A stretch of DNA of 64,000 nucleotides from Selaginella moellendorffii (Eukaryota > Plantae > Lycopodiophyta): assembly GCF_000143415.4 (NCBI RefSeq), contig NW_003314394.1, positions 37,694-101,693 of the forward strand, read 5' to 3'. This document shows positions 21,600 to 34,041 of this stretch, in pieces; position 1 is the first letter of the stretch; the number at the start of each line of letters is the position of its first letter. A program made the position numbers and the translations under genes. A model generated the notes under the pieces. The model searched no databases and had not been told where the DNA came from. It saw nothing but the letters and a program-made list of their open reading frames with translations.

Positions 21600-23160
21600 A
21601 AAAGCGAAGAAGGCCAAGATTATCTGGTCGAAAAAAGATATGATGTTTGCTGTTGCTGCAGTGCAGAGTGGGAAAATGTCTCAACACCAGGCTGCAAAAA
21701 TCTTTGATATTGGCAGAACAAGTTTACAGAATTGGTCAGAGGGACGAACTGTGATCAGGAGAAAAGGACCTGAATATCATCTTAGTAAGCAACTAGAGCA
21801 GAAGTTTGCAGACTGGTCATTCACAAGACAACAGGCTGGACACCCTGTGACAAAACAAATCCTGGTTAACAAGGCAGGAGAATCACAGACATGGTCGGCT
21901 TACCTTTTGAAAACGAACTGTCTGGCTCCTCGTGGTGGTCACGATTCTGAAGGCGTCATCCAGAACTGTCGCTGAAGTCATCATAGGCACTCAGCAGATC
22001 CCACACTCATTGTTTCAGTCCCGAAGGTTCTACAAAATCCTCCTCAAAGGATACACTCCTGATTGATGGATGAGACCAGACTTTCAGTTAGCAGAGGCGG
22101 GGGCCTTCAGGTAATTTCTCGATGAGAAAGCAGGGAGGTTGTCGAAATTGTGCCCGCCTTAAAATAATGGTTGACCATCGTCGTTGCTGTGAGCGCTGTT
22201 GGTCAGTCGATCCCAAACTATTACATCTTCAAAGGAGCTCGGTACTCCATCAACTGGATTCCCAATTGCAACTCTCAGGCAGCTTTTGCAATGTCAAAGA
22301 AAGCTTGAATGAAAAATGCTCTCTTTGTCGACTGAATTGATCACTTTTGCCATTCGAAGTCCTTGGAAGAGTAAACAAGAAAAACCCGGATCATGCTCTT
22401 GTGGGATGACATGGATCTCACCTGACTTCTGAGGCAATAATAAAAGCATGGGAGGGCATGACGCCCATCCCTCCGCATACTAGCCACAACCCTCAGCCGT
22501 TCGATGTCTCCATCTCCAGTGATTCTCCACACCGAGTGAGTGAGATGGATGGTGGGAAACAATCAACATGAACTTATGAAGCATGAACTTGGTGGCATGG
22601 CATCCAGAGCTATTGGTCAAGCTCTTACTCTTTAAACATCATTACTTGATTCAAAGCAATTAGAATTTGCCGTTCGACTAAACGAAGATGGAGAAGGAGG
22701 TCAAAGTGCACCAGCACAATCCAGAACTTGCACTTGTTCTGCAACCGGACACACAGCAAAGTTCAGCAAAGAGGAAGCACAAAACCATAAAGAACGCTCA
22801 CCTGAAGCTGCACCATTCTACTATCCAAGAGTTGTTGCAATGAATAATCTAGTGATCCAGGCAGAGGTAGATGCTCTACTCCTCGTCTAAGTGACCACAA
22901 ATACACAATAAAAAAGAGTGAGGGCAAAGACTCTGAAAGCAACTCCTAGCTACAACATTTATGAAACAACTTACCTCACGGAGAAAGCTGCACAGGAGGC
23001 AGCATTTGTAGAGATTGGAAGAGTCGAAGGGAATGTGGAAAGCCAAACTGCCAAAGTTGGAGTAGCAAGGGTGACGAAAGAAGAGGCAGCCAAGTGTAGG
23101 GCTGCCAAGGAACTGGAGAAAGCTACACAACTACCACCTGCAAGAAGGAAATGACAGGAA
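21600..23160 (+). mobile_element. pogo/Fot1-like (Tc1/mariner superfamily) transposase pseudogene
   Basis: HTH-psq-like AVAAVQSGKMSQHQAAKIFDIGRTSL, CENP-B-type HTH LSKQLEQKFADW...AGHPVTK, and DDE-domain motifs MDET (~22066), SIPNYYIFKG (~22206) and PPHTSHNPQPFDVS (~22470). Frameshifted; termini not resolved. Confidence 0.85.
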
Positions 23161-24409
23161 GTGAAGACTGCCAGCTTCCCAAAGATAATTGTCCCTGCCA
23201 TCTGCAGCAATCAGCTCAGCAATCTCAGGCATCTACAAAGGGAACAGTCAATAGTATTGAGTTCACTGCAAACTAATGATTTCTATTTGTTTTAGCACTG
23301 TAAACTGTAAACTTATCAATGAAAAGTTTCGAAATTTAAGTTTGCCAGTTGCTTGTTTCTAACTGAAAACGTTCAATCAATCCTGACATTTTAAATTTGC
23401 CATATTCTTTCACATGGGGGAATGCTGGAAAATTAACCAAAGTGGGGCAACACTAAATAGTATTGTGCTAGTAACTCTTACCTCAGAACATGATTTTGCA
23501 TATTAAACTGAATATTCAGATTTGTAAAAAATATTTTATTAAAATAAATATGCAAAACTAATTGAATTAACTAAAAGATTAAATCTTTGAGAATTTTTGT
23601 TTGTTGACTGTTTTGGTTAATTTATTATATTGAGTAAGGACGTTCAAGTCTATCTGTCACTGACTGCATACAACGATAGCAGTTGGTTCGTCATACAGAC
23701 GGAATATGTAGCTTTGTGTCTAAACTGTCAGCTTTACATAACTACGTCTTTTTGATCGAAGCTAAGTACCACTTGACATCTGATTGGACAAAACAGTCTT
23801 AAACACTTCTGATTTATGTGACAGGAAATGAAGCATGGGCATCTGCAGTTGTAAAGTGTCAATATTGTTCCGGGATGATCTGAGGCCTTAGTAGTTAGAG
23901 CTTAACCTGGAGAAACTCTGCAATATCCTCCAGCTCCTCAGGCTCTTTGATCCAATATAAGTAGCACCCACATACTGCTGCCATGTCACATCCATGTTCA
24001 TGCTCTTTGTCAACGCATTACGACCTCGAACTATGAGCGACAACACCTTTCGGTCGTAGATGTCATGTCCCAAGAACACGGGGACTTGATCAGACTCATC
24101 GTCTGATTTCAGCGCAGGGAGATGAAACTCATTCCTCAGGAACAATGCCGCTGTACGCAGATCCATAGTGGCAAGAATCCGTTAATGCCCAAAAACACTG
24201 ACAAACCTGCCTAGCTGATCGTCTGAAGGGTTATCCTGGACTACTTGATACTTAGATGCGTCGAGGTCGAACCATCTTCCTCCTTGCACTGTGGTTTGGT
24301 TTAGCTTAAATGCCAGGTTTATTAGCACTGTGCCGCTCATTCCACAGAGCTGAATGAGTCGGTTCTATTGTGCATTTATTGATTTAGTTATGTTATAAAT
24401 GATGCTACA

Positions 24410-25245
24410 CTATGGGGCTGGGCTTCTGTTGAAGATTGGCTCATCACTTTTATCATCGTGATATGCATTCAGTTAATGGAGTATACAAGATTATCACGGG
24501 CAATGATACAAAACCGGCTATCAAGGCTGGTGATGAAGCCAGTTCAGAAGCTCTGCGGCAGCGGAAGATTCGTGATAGCAGGGCTGCAGGCTGTATCGTA
24601 TATCTTGTAAGCTTGCTGGTGGTGATTTTGGTAACAGCTCGTCCAGTTGTGATCAGGATACAAATTCTAGGTCATTATCATAATTGGTCTCTCTTGATTC
24701 TTTCACTCCGGCAAAGGCCGGCGAGCTGACGGTATTCTGCATGGTCATTGTTTCTCTTATCGTAAGCTTGGGTACAAAGTCATTAATTGTCCAAACTGTC
24801 TGGCACATTGATTCTGAGTAGGAGTTGGATGTTCATGGTTTCCAAAATGAAATTGAGGGGAACAGCTTCTTCTATTCTCTGCTGAGTGTTTTGAAGACCA
24901 TGGTCAAAGTTGCTGTCAACATTCTTTAACGCACTGCTTAAGTCATGTTTCATTTAACGTCTAATGAAGGTTTTCATAGACGGAATCAGTGGCATAAGTT
25001 TTCAGCAAAGTTTCAGAGGAGGTTGAGGGATTTCTGAAGAACCCAAGATTACATTATTTGGAGCTTTATGCTGCTAAATATGTGGATGCAAATGTTTGCT
25101 TGATTGGATCTTCGAGGCTTGGTTGGTGGGTTCCAAGAGTTCCTGCTCTATTGGACAAATGAAGTGTTATTCATCTCTGTTGTAAAGGTCACCAGCAGTT
25201 TTGAAGTAGTTCGTTATGGTCTTTGTGCACATGTGAGGGAGGGAT
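24410..25245 (+). mobile_element. Ty1/copia remnant (gag N-terminus, internally deleted)
   Basis: VNGVYKIITGNDTKPAIKAGDEASSEALRQRKIRDSRAAG fits the copia gag N-terminal pattern; purine-rich GAGGGAGGGA near 25234 resembles a PPT. Confidence 0.55.
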
Positions 25246-26389
25246 GCCTCTACTGGTGATAAGTTATAATTTTCAAGATGAAGGGACAGTCTAACTACTT
25301 AGAATCTCTGTTTAGGTGGTAATATCGGTGAAAGTGATGGTGACGGTAGTGCTTAAGTAAAATGAAGAACAGAATCAGTACCTGAATGTGCTGAAGAAGA
25401 TGGTGGTGCGCTGATAACAGTATTGATGGTGACAACTTGTGATGGAGGCGGTCTCCGTAAATAGGGAAGCTAATATTATGTAACCGTCTCAGTCGTCATT
25501 ATTTGTACACGGTTAATCTCAATCAGACATGGGATGATTACATGTCAACTGAGGTAAAAGTGACATGGACTGATGATTAGGCAGATTGAAATATGCACAT
25601 GATGAGTTTTTTTATTTTTGGAGGTTTTTGTTTTTACAACTCAAAAAATTGGTGGCAATTTGTTTTATTAAAAAAAATGATATGATATCACATAATATAT
25701 TTTTAACTACGTGTTAAAATATGTTTTAAGATGTGATCTCAACTTAGTAAAATTTATTAAAACCATTGATTTTATCGTTATACTAACTATATAATAAAGC
25801 ACAAAACGTAGTGATAAGGCCCTACATTAGGGATCAAATCAGATTTGTCTAAGTCAAACATCAATTGCCCCTTGTCGAGTAGCTCGACATACGCACAGTA
25901 CTAGTCTTCAATTCGTGTTGTATACCTCACCGTTGCGAGCAGACGAGCAGTGGGGTCTCATGATCACGACCTGACTGATGAGATTTCCCATTCTCATCAC
26001 GAGCTCCTTGGTTCTCATCGTCACTTCCCATTGTCACGACCTGACTTATGTGGCAATTTCTGGTATAAGATCTGCGTGAAGTTGCCATGTCTTGTGTTGG
26101 ATGACTAAAACCAATTATTTTATTGTTCTACTAAAAATTACAAACTCTTGTAAAATGGTAGGAAAATGTTATCACGTCCCTTTCTAGAACACGGCAAACA
26201 AACATACAGTAGTATCTCCTTATCTTCTGGAACCAAAGATTTCACATTTGTCTAAGTCAAACATCAACTGTTGCAATTGCTGCTTGTCTAGTGGATAGTA
26301 TTCACGTGAATGCGCGTTGAATACTCTCACCGTTTCGACTTAAAAGCTGGGATCGCAAGCAGAGGAGCAGTGTGTGTTTTGCATTCAGT

Positions 26390-27325
26390 ATGGGGTCAGG
26401 TCATTCTCACGTCCTTACTGATGATGATCAAGCCAATCTCGATCAAGCCAAGTTCATGTTGCAGGTTCTCCGGAACATCCCAGGCCTCAGCGTGCTAGAT
26501 GTCTGGATTCACTACCTCACCCTCGTCGACATGGCCGAGCTGCTACGCACTCGCGAGAGGCAAGGGCGCCGTGTCTTAGACGTGCTCTGCAGGGGCGTCA
26601 CGGACTCCGTCTCCGTCATCGGCGCAAGCTCAACGCTGAGGAACCACCTGGGAAAGATAACGCAGAAAGCCGCGGCTGTCCCCGACGTCGGGGCCTTCAA
26701 CGACACGGACAAGTCGAGGCTGGAGAAGGCCATGGAGGAAGCCCAAGAGGATACGTCCCGCGCGATACGCCATGGAAACTTCAAATGCTGCGCCGAGCAT
26801 GCCGTGTTTGAGAAGCTGGACAGGATGGGCAAGCAGGCCAACTACACGTACGCTGTGCAGAAGGTCCCGCTGAACTTCCCTGAGAACCGCGAGCTGGAGA
26901 AGCTGCCTTCGGGAGTTGTCAGGATTGTACCTCGCTGCGCCAACTGCAAGATCGCCGGTGGTGCCGCCAGTGGCTCCGGACCGTTTCCACGAACTCCACG
27001 TCTGGGTGCGGTAGTCACCGATCACCCCAACCTAGATGGACTGGTTGTCCCCGTTATGTCGCCTGCTGTCTTGTACTACATCAGGTGAGATAACGATGTT
27101 GAGGATTTCGTCAAGATTGTTTTGATGTGAGTGCATGCATGCAGGGTTGAACTTAGAGGTGTCAACGGAGCCACTCGTCAGGCTATCGTGCAGCGCTTCC
27201 CGAATGTCCGTGTGAGGCGAACCGACCCGCCCATCCCGCTGGCGGCTGAAAGGATCTTCCCACTCATGGATGATAACGATGATGACCTGGAAACCATGTT
27301 CGTCCGTCGGCACGACGAGCTCTGA
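26390..27325 (+). CDS. Putative zinc-dependent nucleic-acid deaminase (YwqJ/toxin-deaminase-like), two exons 26390-27084 and 27145-27325, 291 aa
   Basis: ATG at 26390 (MGSGHS). CAE at 26789-26797 and PRCANC at 26930-26947 fit the [H/C]xE...CxxC deaminase signature. A 60-nt phase-2 intron (AG|GTGAGA at 27085 ... TGCAG| at 27144) joins in frame to RVELRG...RRHDEL*. No disablements. Confidence 0.7.
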
Positions 27326-27479
27326 TTGATGAATCAGTCAATGCTAATAATCAAGTAAAAACAAATAAAGGCCAACAAGTTTGTCATTATTGTTAATCGC
27401 ATTTTACAGACAAAGTTAAACACGCTGTTCAAGAATCAAGAAAATATTAATCAATCACAATGGTGAGGCATTCTCTCGT

Positions 27480-28200
27480 GGATTTCTGCTGCTTGTTGCT
27501 AGGTTCTCAATCGTTTGACATTCTCGTTGTCTTCATCCTCTTCCTCATCCGTCTCCACCTCATCCTCATCGCCCCCCTCATCGTTATCTTCAACATGCAT
27601 AGCACACTAAGCATCTCCTCTCCGTTGCACCGCGACATTTTCCTGTGTGAAGGCCAAGGTCATCAACGCAGACTTGAGAGCCTTGCTCAATGGTTTCAGC
27701 TTTCCCAGGCCCTTCACAATGACACAGTCATCCTCCACCTCAAATGAGTCGACTTCAGATCTTACGTCGAAAATGAGGCTCATTTCCACCAACGGCTTTA
27801 CCAATGACCGCATCACGCTTGCTGCACTAGGCCTGAACAGGAATTTCACGAAAAACTCTCCACAGTTTTCTGGATCATGTAGAAATCAACAGCCCACGCT
27901 TAAGATGACGGCAGCACAACGGTCCCAGTAGAACTCAGTTCTGGGATCAACTGTTGTAGACACAAAAGCATTAAAATACAAATCCCCATCCATCTGGACA
28001 CTGTTTTTCCTCCAAGTTTTGCACAACTCAAAGTACAAACATTGCCGTCAGAAACGTTCTGAGTGGAATTGGCTCCATGTAGTCGTATGCAAGACTTACT
28101 CATGCCCAGTAACAGAACCAGCTTGGTGGCCAACTCGTCACTGAAACCTTCTGTGACTCATCCATCCTTGCATAGTGAAGTCAGGCCTTCGACATAGGAA
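27480..28200 (-). pseudogene. Fragment of a spliced gene of unknown function with acidic C-terminal tail
   Basis: LATKLVLLLGMSKSCIRLHGANS, a GT...ACAG intron (~27950-28040), FLFRPSAASVMRSLVKPLVEMSLIFDV..., then EDNDEGGDEDEVETDEEED; in-frame stops; cut off at the CACTA remnant. Confidence 0.4.
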
Positions 28201-28239
28201 AGAAGGGTCGTATCAGATGCATGAAGGATCTTGGGGGCT

Positions 28240-30055
28240 CCCACCAGAAGGAAGGCCCCCTTTTTCAGGGCTTCATTTTTCAGACCTGTTTATTCGCCTA
28301 TTTTCTCTTGCAAAGTTTGTTATGGTCAAATATTAATTTCTATTGCACGGTTTTTTTTTCAGGCTTTCTGTTTATTCAGGTATTTACCCTTGCAAAGTTT
28401 TCTAGCATTTCAGTTATCAAGTGTTATTCTCTTTTGTCAGGCTACGTTTTTCAAACTTTATGTTTATTCAGCAGTATCACTTTTTTTGCTGGGGTTTGTT
28501 TTCCAGAATATAAATTTGTTAACAAAATTATCCTGTGTTAAGTTTGCAGGCTTTAGCATTGCAAGTTTCAGTGATTTGATTTTCAGAAGTTTTGGTTTTC
28601 AAAGATTCAGTTGATTTGATTTTTACTGTTAGGGTGTAAGGGATAAGGATCCTAACAGATTATTACCTCTGCAAAGTGTGCAAGGTTTTACACTAGGATC
28701 CCCTTTTCAGAGCTTTGTTTACAAATTTTTATTTATTCCCTTTTTTACCCCTGCAAAGTTTGTTACGGTTTAAGTTATCAAATATTAAACCCTATTGCAG
28801 GGGAACCTATTTACCCTTGCAAAGTTTGCATGGAATTTAGTACCTGGGTTTTTTTTCCAAAGTCTTTGGTATTTAGGGATTTCAATAACTTTCTAGGCTT
28901 TGTATTTCTATATTTTAGTTTATCAAATTTGCCAGGCTTTAGTCATTTTCAAAGGTTTGTTTATCTAGAACCTGTTTTTTTTAAACAAGGGTTTATGTTT
29001 TAAATGGATCTTGTATCATGGCCAATTTAAATAAACTGTTCATATCTGTAAATTTTCTGTAAATTTATTTCATTACATTTAGTTTCATCATTCTCATCTG
29101 CCAAATGCAGCTTAGCATATAAGAAAGTAAACGGATTAAGGTCATTCAGAATTATATTGCAAGCGAGGTTACCTGGTAGAACAATGTGGTAGACTTCAGA
29201 CTGAAACAAATTATAAGCTGGTTGAAATCAGGTATACATTATTTGTGCTTGTAGAACTGTTTGTTGAGTCAATGTTGACTCGCATCACTATATAATTTCA
29301 TATAAAAATATATTCTTGATTTATAGCCCATGATTAACTGTAATATTTTAAAGAGTTCCCTTATTCTTGTTTCATTCATGGATTAGGTTAAAAAATTACC
29401 ATATCAAATGGTTACCCCATCTTATTAGTATCTGCTCTTTTGATTTGTAATGGTAACCGTTCACGACCATTGTTCTGTAACTTCTTCCCTGGAAAAATAA
29501 ACAATGTTAAATACATCACTTTGATACGTTTATAAGAAACCATTACCAAATAAGAAATTCCAAAAGTTCAATCTGACATGTGTTCTAAATCAGAATCAAT
29601 CACTCCAAGAAGTTTGATATCTCTATCATTTCAGTACTCGACAGAACAACTTGGACTCCCTTGCCCTCCACATGATCAGTTATACATTTCGAGGGTGAAA
29701 CTAATAGCAGACATTCCATCTTATTACTCCATTGCAAAAACAATAAGTTCCTTATGTAGACAATAGATCCTTCTGGTCTGGCATGGTTGAAAACCAGACT
29801 TTTTAACTCCATGAATCTCTTAACCGGAAACATAGATCTCGGACCCTACCATATAATTAATCCAGCTAGCAGCAGAACAGTTTTGCCTTGAACCCATGCT
29901 GCTGGTATTGATGATACTTCCTGTAGAGCTAAACGAAGAGACCAAATATTTAGTTCTGTTACACACAAACTGTAAATACCTCTAATATGATCCCACAAGT
30001 TTTCAGTGGTGTTTTTGCTGATATACATAAGTCATGATTGTGTCTTGGAACTTCA
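28240..30055 (-). mobile_element. CACTA/En-Spm remnant (Tnp2 transposase C-terminal part plus subterminal-type repeats)
   Basis: MFPVKRFMELKSLVFNHARPEGSI matches the Tnp2 MYPxERFM...NxARPEGSI motif; MYISKNTTENL resembles DVMHIEKN. Repeated (TTACCC)YTGCAAAGTTT units between ~28300 and 28830. Confidence 0.75.
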
Positions 30056-33000
30056 TCACTCCAGTACCTCAGGCTGTAAAATACACTCAACATGTTCATG
30101 CCCTAAAAGAGTCTGGAGTCCATTGAAAGATTTGTTGCTTTTTGAGCAACATTGTAATGGGCTTGCTGATCTTAGCAAAGTCCTTTATGAATCTACGATG
30201 GTAGTTCATCTTGCCCATGAAGCTGGGTACTCCAGATACATCATTGGGTGGCTTCATATTGACAATGGTTTCTGTCTTGGCTTTATCGATCAGGATGCCT
30301 TGTTTGCACACGACATGACCAAGTAGGATACCTGATAGGGCAAAGAACACACACTTCTCAGGGTTGAGAAGAATGTTGTTTTGCTGGCATTTGTCAAAGC
30401 ATTTCTAGAGGTGCTCCAGGTGATTAGCTTGAGTACCAAAGATGCTAAAATCGTCCATAAAGACACACATGAAATTGGTGAGGTACTCTTGAAAAGTTTC
30501 AATAATAATTCACTGAAACGTGAAGGGAGCATTTGTTAGGCCGAAGGGCATCTGTTGATAAGCAAAAGCTCCCCATGGGCTGATAAAAGCCGTTTTGTGA
30601 GTATCCTTAGGTGCAATATGCACCTGGTTATAGCCACTAAAGCCATCAAGAAACAAATACATTTCATGGCTGGCTACTAAATTTAGTATCTCATCAGTAA
30701 AGGGGATCAGGAATGTGTCTTTTACTGTATTGTCATTCAACTTTTTATAGTTCACACAAATGCAAAGTTTCTGATTTTTCTTGGGAACAATGACGAGTGG
30801 CGAAAGCCATTGGGCATTTTGTATAGGAAAAATGATGCCAACATGTAAAAGCTTGTCAAGCTCCACCTTGACTTTCTCTTGGAAAGTCGGATTCATGCGG
30901 TAAGGCATTTGTTTACGTGGAATAGCTCTGGGTATGAGTTCGATGCGATGCATGCAAAGCTCTGGAGGTATGCCTTTGAGATCCAAGTGCAATCTGCTGG
31001 CTGCCCCAAGTGAGCAATATCAGCTGATGAAAGCCAAGTTTGGCCAAGGAGAATCTCATAAAAGCCTTCACCTTGTGGCATTTTGAGAACTATAAAGTTC
31101 AGTTTGTACTTGTTGGCTTTGATTTGGATGGTTATCTGACAGACTATGCCAATCGGTCGGACCTCTCGTTGATCAGCCATTATCAAGTTAAATGGGGTTG
31201 GTTCTATCGGCCCAAGACCTAAGGCCTTGAACGTGCCATATTCCATGATATTTACACCAGATCCTCCGTCTATGAGTGCATTATGGATTTTGTTTTTGCC
31301 TATGGCAATTGTGATGCAAGGGGTATTGCCATCATAGTCAACAGGCTGAATTCCTGCGGCATAAACGGGACCTGGGGGTTGAATTGTCGGAGGATGTACC
31401 GCCTTGAGAATTGGTCGAGCAAGATATGGTGCTATTTGCAATATCTGCTGGAGGGATAGAGTAATTCCCTGTTGAAGTATGTGATCAACAAGAACAGAAT
31501 GTTCTTGCTGAGTGAATGGCTTGAGTGGTTCCTCAGCTGCCGGATCAGGTAAGCGATCCGCATCGGCAGGTAACTCAGGTGGCAGTTCCTGAAGATCTTT
31601 GCGGATCTGGTCTGCAACAGCCTTGGCTTTTTGCCATTCTGAGGGGCTGATTTCCTCTACGTTGTCCAGATTCTGATCTGATTGAACCTGTTTTGCTCGA
31701 GCTCGTGTGACGGCTCGGACAGCAGGTTGGGCAGTCGGCTGTTTGTCATAGTATTCTGCTACATCAACAGCTCGAGTTGCCGGTTGTGCTGGTCGAGGTC
31801 CCGGATTAGGAGGGGGTCCTTGATTTTGATAAGGTGGTCTCTGTCCTGCTGGGGGATGATTATCCCTGAGAGGCAGAAGGCTGCTGATTCTGATATCGGT
31901 TATCTCGTGGTATGTATCCACGGTTTTGAGGATAACCCGGATTGTAGTAACCCGAACCGTGATACGACTGATTTTGATAACCTTGGTTGGGATTTCCTTG
32001 GTTGGATGGTCCCTGTTGGGGTATCCCTGATCAACATAGCCTTGATTGGGCACAATTGTAATTGGGCCGACGCCAATTAACATTTTGGCGTTGATCATTG
32101 CGAGGTGAACCTCTGTTGTTCTTCCCTCGAGGGTTTTGACGATCATTCCGGAATGGTCCGACGACTTGCTGAACATCAGCATATTGTCTTCGTCGACATT
32201 GTTTGGCTGTATGGCCTTCAATATCGCAGATTTCACATCTAGGCATTTGGAAGCGACATTCCGCATTGGTGTGATCCTCATTTCTACATCGGGTGCACCA
32301 CACGCCGGGCTTTTTTCAGTCAATTTCTTAAGATAGACCTTGGGTCTCTTTTTTGAGTGAAAACGCTTTGAATGCGGTGATGATATCCTCATCGTGCTTT
32401 CCTGATCAAAGTACCGAGCTTTACCTTTGAGTGTATAAGGGAAAAGAGCTAGGTGATCTGCTTGTTAAACTTGAAGTGCATTCTTGAATCGGCGGATATG
32501 CAACTCGGGGTCCTCATGTTTGAGACCACTGAGTTCCGGGTAAGAAACTGTGAGACCATAGAGCATGGATGGGAAAGCCATCGGGTTGATGCTCTGGTAT
32601 GTCTTGAGGGGTTCTTGCCTTTCAGCCTCCCTTGGCGTTCGAGCTCAACTTGACGTCGAAGCTCGTCCTTCTTAATCTGTTCGAGGTATTCGTTTCTGAG
32701 CTTTCTGTTCTTCAAGCAATCACCGATTGATGCGGTCAATGAATTCGTCTGAAGTCTGAATTCGGCTTGCTAGGACTGCTAGGCGGTGGTGATCCTGTAG
32801 GGTTGGATCCAAACAAAGATGTTTGTCTAGACGTGTAAGTGTATTCGGGAAGTGCTTCCCTAGAGACTTCCTGCTTAGGTGGAGGAGTAGTAGCCCGATC
32901 CTGAGCAGGGGGTGTTGTCTCCAACGGTTTTGATTGAGTGTCAGAGTGCAGGAGTGTCCTTTCCAAGACAGTCTCTTGCGTCTGTTTGTCTCGGTTCTTT

Positions 33001-33264
33001 GCGTGTTCGTCGCGCTCAGCCGCCTTGGCGGGTTCACCTCTTTTAAATGGAATAGAACTTTTGAGGTTTCTAAGCTCTCGGTTCATTCAGAGGTGTCGAG
33101 TATTGTTCCAGGGTCATCTCCCGAGGGTTGACACCTTTTCGAAATGTTGGGTATGAGAACTGATTGATCGTATATATGAGTACCAGCTTATGTGGTTCGA
33201 TCAAGCGAAAGACGTCGTAGATGGCGCTCTCGATAGTTTGATATGGAAGGGAAGGAGCTGTTTT

Positions 33265-34041
33265 TCAGTCCCGAGCCGTGACTGGGGTACAGATGATCCC
33301 AACTCTTTTAATCAAACGCTCTCTATGTAGGCGGGTAGCCAAGTCGGTTGGTCTGGGAGCGGGAGGTGATTTTGGAGATCGGTGTCTCACAATCAGTGTT
33401 TCGCTCGCCCAGTCTATGGTGAGGTTGTTTGCCTCAGAATGTGAAAGCTCTCGGATGACAAGAATTCGTGTCTCAGCCCAAGAGGTTTCTTGTTCGAGCG
33501 GGTAGCGTGCACGCTTGGGTATTTGCTTAGTCGGATTTATCCAGGTGTCAAGTGCCCGGTTCCATGTCAGATTTGTAGCTTTGAGCTTGGGTGTTTGTGG
33601 ATGAACCCAACGAGTTCGTGCCCACACTCTAGTGCGGATATCTTCTGGCAAAAGCTTATAGTGAGTGGCGGGTGCTATGAACTTCGGGAAGAATCTCGAC
33701 CCAAGTATGCACCAAATTCGTGTGAGATTTGCAGGTGGTATCCGGGTATAAGTGTAAATCGCCGGATCTGGAGTGTACCACCAAGATTGCTGTGCTACAA
33801 GAACGTATTCTCGGTTGATATATATTTTTGCGACCAGGCCGATCTCCAAGAGTAGTCGACACATATAAAGGTCTTTTTGATTTTTCTCCTCTAAATACTC
33901 CTGGATGTGGAGAATTAAACCACCTTTGACAGGAGTAACAGCTGTTCTAGGAAAGCTATCTAGAATGTGATTGTAAATCAGCAAGGCTGCGTCCAAGGAA
34001 AGACGTTGTACAGCTTCAATTAGTCCTAGTGTTTCCGACAT
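33265..34041 (-). CDS. Additional 258-aa ORF upstream of gag in the Tat-like element, unknown function
   Basis: Uninterrupted ATG-initiated ORF between PBS and gag, on the same strand as gag-pol; no recognisable motif. Confidence 0.55.
   Translation of the reverse strand: MSETLGLIEAVQRLSLDAALLIYNHILDSFPRTAVTPVKGGLILHIQEYLEEKNQKDLYMCRLLLEIGLVAKIYINREYVLVAQQSWWYTPDPAIYTYTRIPPANLTRIWCILGSRFFPKFIAPATHYKLLPEDIRTRVWARTRWVHPQTPKLKATNLTWNRALDTWINPTKQIPKRARYPLEQETSWAETRILVIRELSHSEANNLTIDWASETLIVRHRSPKSPPAPRPTDLATRLHRERLIKRVGIICTPVTARD

Noticed and set aside
20715-23490. Terminal inverted repeats of the pogo-like element
   Set aside because: GTTGGGGTAAATGCCCAC (~20721) only weakly matches GTGGGGCAA (~23442); not enough to call ends.
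30893-32392. 499-aa ORF as a novel gene
   Set aside because: Frameshifted gag-protease of the gypsy element.
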